From: Nematocida ausubeli
Lineage: Eukaryota
Direction of reading: 5' to 3'
NCBI RefSeq assembly: GCF_000738915.1
Contig: NW_026515635.1
Location: 496,001 to 560,000, forward strand
DNA length: 64,000 bases
The notes beneath the pieces are model-generated. The model searched no databases. It saw only the letters and a list, made by a program, of their open reading frames with translations, and was not told the DNA's origin. Each line of letters opens with the position of its first letter. Within the stretch, counting starts at the first letter, position 1. This document shows, piece by piece, positions 56,232-64,000 of the stretch. A program made the position numbers and the translations under genes.

Positions 56232-59200
56232 TTACTTTTTTAATAATTCATGGAGCCAACGTACTTCCTCTCTGTCCGGAGTGTACTTCCGGCATAGATG
56301 CAAGTATATTGCCTCCAAATCAGAAATATCCCTGGGATTCTTCTGCTCTGCAATTTTCTGCGCCAAAAGAAGAAGCACATCCATCTCTGCAATTGTCGCA
56401 TTCTTCAGATATTCCCGGGAGACAGGCGCAAGATCCACTGGAGAATAAAGCAGTGCCTGGACCACTCTAGCAAAGGCCGTCTCTTCTGACTTTCTGTTTT
56501 CTTCATAGTAATTTTGTGTGTCTTCATCACGCACTATTCGCAGTATAAGCTCAACCTCCAGTGCATCTCGAGTCTCTCCCTGGAGATTTGCCTTCTTTAT
56601 GCAGGAGAGCACTGCACTGTGCACAGCCGGATTTTGCAGTTGCCCGGACGTGCTTGCAGCTGCCAGAATAAGCTTGCTTAGTGCAACAAGTTCTTGCTGA
56701 TCATCTGTCTCCAAATACTTCTGCAGTTCAACAGGTGCACCCACCTCCTTCATAAGCACGCTCTGCACTAGGCCCACATACGCATCAGACATAGCCGTAC
56801 TTCTCTCTATCTCAGTGGGTTCTTCATTCACTTCACTAATAACAGGGAGATTCTTGTACTCCTCTGCAATTTTTATCACACTCTCTGCTTCTTCCGTCTT
56901 AAGTGCAGCCTGCATCTGCAGTGCCCGAATGTGCTTTTTATACTGCACAGCCCGTGTTCTCTCAGGGTCACCCACTTCTTCTGCAAGCAGCGAGTCAAGA
57001 ATATCCTCTGCCACATCAAGGCTGTCTATTTTTATATGCAAGTACGCATTGAATATTTTCACAGTTGGCAGCAGATCACTCCCTGCCTTATTTTCTGTCT
57101 CTTCAATTTCACTTAGTATTTTTATTGCATATCTATACTTCTTCTGCTCAGTCAGTGCTTCAGTCAGTGCCATCTTCACTGTATATTCATACCTGAACAT
57201 AAGAACCTCTTTTGCCCTTCTTTCCATCATCTCCCAAGATTCTTGTCTTTTATGCCACTCCATGCTCAGCATGAACAGATGCGGACTACTAATATTCTGC
57301 ACAACACGCAAATATTTATCAACAGGATGCAAGGACTCGTTTGATTCTGCAAGAACCACCCCGAAGTCACTGATAAGGTAGTAGTCATTTGGTCTTGCAT
57401 CATACAGCTCCTTAAGAAGTTGCAGCACCACAGGACTATTTCCCTTTTCATAGTGATTTATGGCCAGAAGATGCTTAAAGTGCGAAATATGCGCATCCAC
57501 TGAGTATTTATACAGGTTCAGTGGGAGCAAGTCTAGTGCAGTTTTCATCTGCATATTCTCCTTGCTGTATATACTAGCATAGTGCAGGTAGTCACTGCCC
57601 ACAGGCACATTAGACTGTGAAGAGGCAAGTGTCTTGTTAATGTACTCGCATGCAAACTTGTAGTAGCTGTAGATCATTTCAAAGGCACTTGTGTACTTAC
57701 TAATTCTAACGAGATAGACTCTGTATGAATCTATTTTTATCTCGTTCTCTATGAGGCACGCATGCACAGATTCTATCTTGCCTTTAAGAAGGGCCATGTG
57801 CTGCTTCACTAGCACTAGGTGATATTCTGAGTTTATTTTTTCATGCACATATTCAAGTAAAAGGTCTTTGTGTCCTAGGGTATTATATGCGAGTCTGGTT
57901 ATTTTAATAAGTGCCTCTCTAGTGCATATATTACTCTCTACTGGAAGTACAGTCTCTTTGTGCTCTTCTTGTATGCACAAATCTTTCTGTGGAATATTTC
58001 TATCTGCAAGAAATTCTATTGCACTCTCTGGGATTTCCATTAGATCAAGCACTGCAGATACAATGTCATCTATTACTGTTGATGGCAGGTGCATATCCAG
58101 GACCTCATTGATCACCTTGAGGTTCATTGCCTTAAGGGCATCATCCAGGATAATCAGCAGATTCATTGGGCTTGATATTCTGGGTACATCTGGGTATGCT
58201 ACAGTGACTGAAGAGAGAAAAGGGCACTCTCTGTCTGTGAGTACTTCCTGGCTGGATATCTGTCTCACCAGAAGGGCTGTCACATAGTCCACTTTTTCCT
58301 TGTACTCTCTTCCTAGTGCAATTTCTATTTCCTTGTATATCTCTAGTACAGTCTTCATGACAGCTTCATTTCCTGGGAACCGCAGTAGCAGGATAGTGGG
58401 TGAGAGTGTGTTATAATATACTTTCTTGTATATGGAAGGAGATCCTAATAAGGCAGGAATATTCATGAAGTCAGAAAGTGTCATAAGCACCAAAGACGTA
58501 TCTTCAATTGGAATGTTCTCTTCAAGGATTTTCTGCATAAATTCAAGAAGATTTCCTACCTGCAGAAAGTCACTGTATGCGCGCATAATAAGGTACAGCA
58601 AGTAGTTACTGCATATATCTGCAAGAAACTCTTTCCTATACGTCTCTATAAGGTCTTTGTAGTACTCAGGCAAATCACTTACTTTTGCTAAAATATTCTT
58701 CACTTCCTGGACAAGAACCTTTCTTTCCATGGAGAAGTATCCACTCTCAATTGTGCTCTTTAGGTCTCTGTGGAACTGTTTTAGTCTCTCACAGAAATAT
58801 GCCCGGATATGCGAGAATCCTTCATCTGAGAAGGCTTCGTTTATGACTGTTTTTTCACCAGAAGAATCTGTCTCCATGCAGTACTTTCTGAATACAGCCA
58901 TATACTGATCTAGATCATTGTACAGATATATGCTTAGAAGAAAAATAATAGAGTCCTTCTCCAGGGCAGTGTACTTCTTTGGATCTGCACCCTCCAGGAC
59001 AGTCTCCAGGACATTTTCTATTTCCTTTCTGTCTTCATCCTTTATGTACATATAGTCAGATTCTATGTATATTTTAGCAAGGCCTTTAGACGCCTCTAGT
59101 GACTCTTCTGGGGAGGAAGAGGTGGCTATTGCTTGCTTATAGTGGCAGACTGCCTGGGGGTAGTCTTTTTTTAGGAAATAGCAGTATCCCGTGTAAAACT

Positions 59201-59312
59201 GCACTTTGTAATCTGGCTCATAGTATTTGATTGTGTAAAGGGCAGTCTCCAGGGCCTTATCTATTTCATTCGTTTTTATGTATTTTAGAATGAGCTTTCG
59301 CTGTGTCTTCAT
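56232..59312 (-). CDS. Large TPR protein, Ski3/TTC37-like
   Basis: N-terminal TPRs (EPDYKVQFYTGYCY...AVCHYKQAI...EASKGLAKIY) resemble the Ski3 N-terminus; 1026 aa, helical-repeat character. Confidence 0.55.
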   Translation of the reverse strand: MKTQRKLILKYIKTNEIDKALETALYTIKYYEPDYKVQFYTGYCYFLKKDYPQAVCHYKQAIATSSSPEESLEASKGLAKIYIESDYMYIKDEDRKEIENVLETVLEGADPKKYTALEKDSIIFLLSIYLYNDLDQYMAVFRKYCMETDSSGEKTVINEAFSDEGFSHIRAYFCERLKQFHRDLKSTIESGYFSMERKVLVQEVKNILAKVSDLPEYYKDLIETYRKEFLADICSNYLLYLIMRAYSDFLQVGNLLEFMQKILEENIPIEDTSLVLMTLSDFMNIPALLGSPSIYKKVYYNTLSPTILLLRFPGNEAVMKTVLEIYKEIEIALGREYKEKVDYVTALLVRQISSQEVLTDRECPFLSSVTVAYPDVPRISSPMNLLIILDDALKAMNLKVINEVLDMHLPSTVIDDIVSAVLDLMEIPESAIEFLADRNIPQKDLCIQEEHKETVLPVESNICTREALIKITRLAYNTLGHKDLLLEYVHEKINSEYHLVLVKQHMALLKGKIESVHACLIENEIKIDSYRVYLVRISKYTSAFEMIYSYYKFACEYINKTLASSQSNVPVGSDYLHYASIYSKENMQMKTALDLLPLNLYKYSVDAHISHFKHLLAINHYEKGNSPVVLQLLKELYDARPNDYYLISDFGVVLAESNESLHPVDKYLRVVQNISSPHLFMLSMEWHKRQESWEMMERRAKEVLMFRYEYTVKMALTEALTEQKKYRYAIKILSEIEETENKAGSDLLPTVKIFNAYLHIKIDSLDVAEDILDSLLAEEVGDPERTRAVQYKKHIRALQMQAALKTEEAESVIKIAEEYKNLPVISEVNEEPTEIERSTAMSDAYVGLVQSVLMKEVGAPVELQKYLETDDQQELVALSKLILAAASTSGQLQNPAVHSAVLSCIKKANLQGETRDALEVELILRIVRDEDTQNYYEENRKSEETAFARVVQALLYSPVDLAPVSREYLKNATIAEMDVLLLLAQKIAEQKNPRDISDLEAIYLHLCRKYTPDREEVRWLHELLKK

Positions 59313-60039
59313 GCGGATAAAAAAAATAAAATGCAGAAATACCTGCAGTCAGTGGATGGCAGTTATTTATGTATCTATATTCTGTGCTGTGTCCATACAA
59401 GATACCTCTGCATGGCTAGTCAGATAATTTCGTAGCATAACTCATCGCATAAAATATCTAAATTAATTTAGATATACTACTGTATGATATACTACTAAGC
59501 ATATGCCGATACATAAACTATATGGGCAGTCTCTGTGCAAAGGCATAGTGATATTTACTGGGAATTCATTGTATATATTACTGCGTATGCTTAAATACCC
59601 AGATTAAATATGCCTTAAAATATCACATGTACTTGTATTCTTGCAGTATAGTAGTGTATTAGCACGGCACAGCATACTTTCATTTCTGCTTGGTGTGCTA
59701 CTAAAGTACTGGAGTCTTTAGATATATTCTTCACCAGAGATATTTTTATCTTTTACACAAGACCATAATAAGCAGATAGAGTACGTTAATAATGGAGTAT
59801 TAGCTTATTCCTTCATGCATGCTCGGGTTATATCGGATTATTTTAGTGGGCAGACCGTGGAAGTCACTGCGCAAAGTATTTCGGGAGTGAAAATATTTTC
59901 AGACAAAGGGGAATAGCAGAGACCACTAAGAGTACTTGTAGGGCGGATATTTAAGAGGCAGGCCAGGCGCAGTGCACGAGGGTAGATGGGTATTTTTAGT
60001 GGCAGATGCACAGGGTGCACTGTAAGAAGGACAAAAAAA

Positions 60040-60112
60040 CGTCCTGACAGGGACTCGAACCCAGAACCTCCTGATTAGAAGTCAGATGCGCTGCCAATTG
60101 CGCCACCAGGAC
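60040..60112 (-). tRNA. tRNA-Arg(TCT)
   Basis: Minus strand GTCCTGG TG GCGC AATTGGCA GCGC A TCTGA CT TCT AA TCAGG AGGTT CTGGG TTCGAGT CCCTG TCAGGAC G, followed by a T7 Pol III terminator (60033-60039); one T-T mismatch in the T stem. Confidence 0.92.
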
Positions 60113-60475
60113 CACACACATATTAAAAAGTACTTCATACATCAGTATGATTAATAATGAATAGAAAGATATACTATATACAGGAAGTACTAAATAGCCT
60201 GTATACTTGTATATCCCTTTATTTAGGCTGTTCTTCTTTTTTATTTCTTCCTGTCTTATGGCAGGCTTATTCTTTTAGTGAATTTATTTTAATTTTTTGT
60301 TCTACAGAATATTCTATTCATTAAAAGTCCTTTCTATATTTATGCGAATTAAAACTAAAATTGATCCTGTAGTGCACTAAAATTAATTAGAGTGAAATCA
60401 TGCAAGAATGAAAGAACAAAGAGATAATAAGACACTCCGTATATAATGGTAATATAAGAAGGACAGTAATTTAGA

Positions 60476-61336
60476 TTATTCTTTTTTCTTAAGACCATTA
60501 TTTTTTGCTCTCTTCGGGTAGTACTTGTGTGTCATGTAGTAGGAAAATATCTTAAAGCCAAGCCAAAATACCGGAGCAATAATTACAGCGAATATATCAG
60601 CAAGAGAGCATATATGGGCAGACTTGCTGAATAGACGAGTGATGAAATCGGAGTACACAATTCTTGTGGATGGAAGGGAGTCTAAAAGATGCTTAGCCCT
60701 GTTGTCTGGGAGAGAGTCTGTGCCCATGGAGGATCCTTCTATCTTCTTGGTGAACAAGGGCTTGTGCTTCTGCTCTTCTATAAACCCTGGGCTCTGTATG
60801 GTTGACACGTAGTATATGGACAGATCAAGGCCCTGCATCGATGACTCGCACTCGACAGCCTCATAGAAGGAAGAAAGAGCTGCCTTGCTTGGGGCATACA
60901 TTCCATAGCCCCCGAAGGAGTGCAGGGCCAGTGTGGATGCAATAAGCACAAGGTGCTTTCTGTGCTTGAGTGATGCACTCTGCAGAAAGTGCAGGTAGAC
61001 TCTGACAGGCCCAAGGAAATTGCAGTTAAGCTGTCTTTCTACTTGTAGGATTTCAATGTCCTTTGCTAAGGAGGGGAGTGCATACCCAGCACAGCAGAAA
61101 ATCATATCAAAATCAGTGGGAAGGGATGCAACTGATTTTTCATCTGTTATATCTACAGTCAAAAGAGCATATTCTTTTTGGAGTGCTTCCATTGAGGAAA
61201 GACTTCTTGCTGTTATAGTCACTTTGCATCCTCTGCTTTTTGCGTCCTTTGCAAGAGAGAGTCCTAGTCCACTGCTTCCCCCTATAATTAGAATGCGCTT
61301 TCCTGGGTAGTAGCTTGATCTCTTACACCACACCAT
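60476..61336 (-). CDS. TSC10: 3-ketodihydrosphingosine reductase (SDR family)
   Basis: IIGGSSGLG, FCCAG, YAPSK (YxxxK), SPGFIEEQKHKP.FTKKIEG typical of KDSR/Tsc10; C-terminal hydrophobic segment. Confidence 0.85.
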   Translation of the reverse strand: MVWCKRSSYYPGKRILIIGGSSGLGLSLAKDAKSRGCKVTITARSLSSMEALQKEYALLTVDITDEKSVASLPTDFDMIFCCAGYALPSLAKDIEILQVERQLNCNFLGPVRVYLHFLQSASLKHRKHLVLIASTLALHSFGGYGMYAPSKAALSSFYEAVECESSMQGLDLSIYYVSTIQSPGFIEEQKHKPLFTKKIEGSSMGTDSLPDNRAKHLLDSLPSTRIVYSDFITRLFSKSAHICSLADIFAVIIAPVFWLGFKIFSYYMTHKYYPKRAKNNGLKKKE

Positions 61337-61568
61337 TCTGTTTGTTTATTTGTGTTCTGCCTGGATATTTCTGTGCATCTGGAAAGTGTCTGGTATTTTC
61401 TCTTTTATGTTTTCTTCTGCAGTTATTTCGAGTATTTGAATATTACAGTGTATTTAATGGGACTGTTATTCTGTGTATGATATACACTGTGATTTGATTT
61501 TGGTCTATTTGCTGCAGTGTAGTAATAATAGTTGCATTATTTATTCTTTCTGTGTTGTTTTGGAAGGC

Positions 61569-62993
61569 ATGCTTTCTATTCTATCTTTTGTGTTCTTTGA
61601 GAGGCTTGCATTCTACTCTATTAAGAGCCACTTATTCATGTATATTGTGCAATATATGGACTACAATAGGATGGATGGTATTATTTATGTGCACTCCTTT
61701 ATATTTCTATCGTACCTTTGCTGCATCATGTGCGGGTTTATTGCAGATAGGTACGTTGGGCAGTATCTTATGATTTCTATTTCTTTGGCAACTTATATCT
61801 TAGGGACTCTTTCTATAACGGTTTCATCCGTTGCCAGAAGCAATCTCTTTTTTGCTGCAGGAGTGCTTTGTGTTGCCTTCAGTGCAGGCGGCATAAAACC
61901 AAATATATCTTCATCTGGGGCAGGAATTGTACAAAGTATCCATGCAGCCAAAATAGCTGCACATAAGACAGTACAGACAATTAACTCTCTAATAGTAACA
62001 TTCTTTTCACAGTTCTATTTCGTGATAAATCTAAGCAGTTTTATTGTTCTGTTCATAACACCTGCTACTGTCAGTAGGCTGCTGTGTACTCTAATGGGCA
62101 GTAACTCTTTTAGCAGAGGCAGTTTGCACCAGGCTGATATTTCTGAATATTTTCTTGTTTTCGCATTCTCTTCTGTCTCAATTTTCATTTCAATTATTCT
62201 ATTCTCTGCACTTATGGCGCAGTGCATTCTGCGGTATATCTTTGTGCCTAAATTCAGTGTCTTGCAAGAAGAAAAATCACAATCAGATTCACACCCGTAC
62301 AGCATAGTGCAAAGTCTGCCTATAATCATTGGATGGGCTATTTATGACCAAATGAGTTCTACATGGATAGACCAAGGAAAGAGAATGCTTAGTACTGTGC
62401 ATATTCTCTCTTATTCTGCCCATATTCTTCCCTCCCAAATGATACTCATTAACTCCTTTCTTCTGATGGTATTCCTTCCCTTCTATAATCCTGCCATGAC
62501 ATGGTTATTTTCTATTGTACCACTTAGAGACACACCCAGACACAGAATGTCATATGGACTGTTTCTTATAGGGATATCTTACATAGTGTACTATATGATT
62601 GAGCTGTACTTACTGCATAAAGGACCTATCTCCATTCTCTTTCAAGTCCCACAGATACTCATTATAACACTAGGCGAGGCACTGATTAGTGTATCAGGAA
62701 TGACTCTGGCGTACAATGATGGGACCTCTGATAGTAAGAGTATGGCGATGGGGTACTGGTATTTTAATATTGCACTTGGGAACTTACTGGTTATATGCAT
62801 CTCTGCCTTGTATAAGTCAATGGGCCTGCAGATAGCACACCAAGGCATACTGTATATCTGCTTGATATTCATAGCCATGGTGCGCTCCCTGCAGGAAACT
62901 GCAAATAATATTCCAGCCAGATGTGATGCCGTATTGCTGCCCATATGCACAAGCAGACTACAGCCAGAACATGTCCAAAGCATAGTTATGTAG
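61569..62993 (+). CDS. PTR2: POT/PTR family oligopeptide transporter (MFS)
   Basis: FFERLAFYS, GFIADRYVG, GGIKPNIS, FFSQFYFVINL, IYDQMSSTWIDQG, QVPQ..I.LGEAL; many TM segments. ATG 61569 preferred over the track start 61473. Confidence 0.9.
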   Translation: MLSILSFVFFERLAFYSIKSHLFMYIVQYMDYNRMDGIIYVHSFIFLSYLCCIMCGFIADRYVGQYLMISISLATYILGTLSITVSSVARSNLFFAAGVLCVAFSAGGIKPNISSSGAGIVQSIHAAKIAAHKTVQTINSLIVTFFSQFYFVINLSSFIVLFITPATVSRLLCTLMGSNSFSRGSLHQADISEYFLVFAFSSVSIFISIILFSALMAQCILRYIFVPKFSVLQEEKSQSDSHPYSIVQSLPIIIGWAIYDQMSSTWIDQGKRMLSTVHILSYSAHILPSQMILINSFLLMVFLPFYNPAMTWLFSIVPLRDTPRHRMSYGLFLIGISYIVYYMIELYLLHKGPISILFQVPQILIITLGEALISVSGMTLAYNDGTSDSKSMAMGYWYFNIALGNLLVICISALYKSMGLQIAHQGILYICLIFIAMVRSLQETANNIPARCDAVLLPICTSRLQPEHVQSIVM

Positions 62994-63530
62994 TCCACTT
63001 ACAGCATGATATTTATAACTGAAGGGTGCAAATATTATTAGTCAGCTGAAATAACATGTACTTTGCCCTATTTTCATTGAATATTGCAGTATATTACTAC
63101 TAGCTTATAGTAGATGCATTAGATTTCACTAGACACTAACTACAACAGAAATTCCCTTTCTCAAAAAGAAATTCGAATACGTTTTATGCAGACTGAAAAT
63201 ATGCAGTATACTATGAAGATTACCAGATGCATGGAATGCTCTAAATTAAGAAGATTATATACACCGTAAGCCAAATATAATAGACAGACAGATAGACATA
63301 GTATATTTATACGCTGTATCTTATTGCAGTAATACAAAGTGCACTTGATACGCTGCATATGCACAGTGATTCTTCGGGTTATATCGAATAAATAATTATT
63401 TACTTTATGGAACGAAACAAAATAGAAGGATTCCTTGAAGGGAATAGACTAAGAAATGAATTACGTGCAATGAAGTGGAGTAAACACTGTATATGTGTAC
63501 GTTAAGCTTCTATTACATTTTTATTTATTT

Positions 63531-63549
63531 AAATTTTTTTACCCCCTTC
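63531..63549 (+). promoter_or_regulatory. Microsporidian-type start-proximal signal (AAATTT + CCC motif) of RPS18
   Basis: AAATTTTTTTACCCCCTTC immediately before ATG 63550; same layout as RPL5. Confidence 0.7.
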
Positions 63550-64000
63550 ATGACTTTAAGATTTACAGAGAGCGCACAGATGCAGGACATCATTCGTATG
63601 TACAATACGAACATAAATGGTAGATCCACTATCATCAGATCATTAACTGGAATCAGAGGAATTGGTCTAAGAGTGTCCACTTTATTGTGCAAGAAGGCAG
63701 GCATTGACACCACCTTAAGAGCAGGACAAGTTGAGCAGGAGAAGTTAGACACAATCTCCAAGATTCTTGAGAACCCACAGTCCTTTGGAGTGCCAGAATG
63801 GATGCTTAACAGACAGAAGGACCCCCTTACTGGAGAGTACAAGCAGTTAATAGCCAACCAGGTTGAGGCTGACTACAGGCTGTACCTTGAGAGAGCAAAG
63901 AGAGTAAAGCACATAAGAGGACTTAGACTTCTGAAGGGCCTGAAGGTCAACGGACAGAGAACCAAGTCTAACGGTAGAAGAGGAAAGACTGTCGGAGTAT
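63550..64000 (+). CDS. RPS18: 40S ribosomal protein S18 (uS13), 3' end cut by the window edge
   Basis: Not in the ORF track. Manual translation: MTLRFTESAQMQDIIRMYNTNING...LTGIRGIG...KAGID...RAG...VPEWMLNRQKD...RGLR...GLKVNGQRTKSNGRRGKTVGV. Confidence 0.96.
   Translation, partial: MTLRFTESAQMQDIIRMYNTNINGRSTIIRSLTGIRGIGLRVSTLLCKKAGIDTTLRAGQVEQEKLDTISKILENPQSFGVPEWMLNRQKDPLTGEYKQLIANQVEADYRLYLERAKRVKHIRGLRLLKGLKVNGQRTKSNGRRGKTVGV

Noticed and set aside
56126..56470. 114-aa + strand ORF
   Set aside because: Runs through the tRNA-Ile gene and antisense to the SKI3-like gene.

Overview
Gene-dense, AT-rich eukaryotic chromosome segment with no spliceosomal introns visible and strongly diverged housekeeping proteins. 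These traits, plus AATTT/CCC start-proximal motifs and two members of a Nematocida-type large secreted family, point to a microsporidian, most likely Nematocida (inferred, not verified by search). It holds about 33 protein-coding genes: DOM34 (partial), a KRE2/KTR mannosyltransferase, EF-1alpha, a USP, THADA/Trm732, a cullin, FAP7, two TBC Rab-GAPs, TAF11, YIP1, RPL5, CLP1, AlkB, SQT1, MscS, a cytochrome b5-like protein, CDC48, GUK1, TRM82, a SAS-6-like protein, a ubinuclein/Hpc2-like protein, a SKI3-like protein, TSC10, PTR2, RPS18 (partial) and several lineage-specific genes. There are two tRNA genes: Ile-TAT with a 42-nt intron, and Arg-TCT. Most interesting: (1) an apparently intact SAS-6 (centriole cartwheel) homolog in a lineage without centrioles; (2) a 3.3-kb gene-free island with a GC-rich hairpin-dense core and a degenerate ~19-bp repeat array; (3) a tandem trio of tail-anchored lineage-specific paralogs beside a truncated secreted-family gene; (4) a recurrent intergenic 12-mer, TCGGGTTATATC; (5) divergent gene pairs only 22-43 bp apart. 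All family calls come from motifs recognised by eye; no database searches were run.
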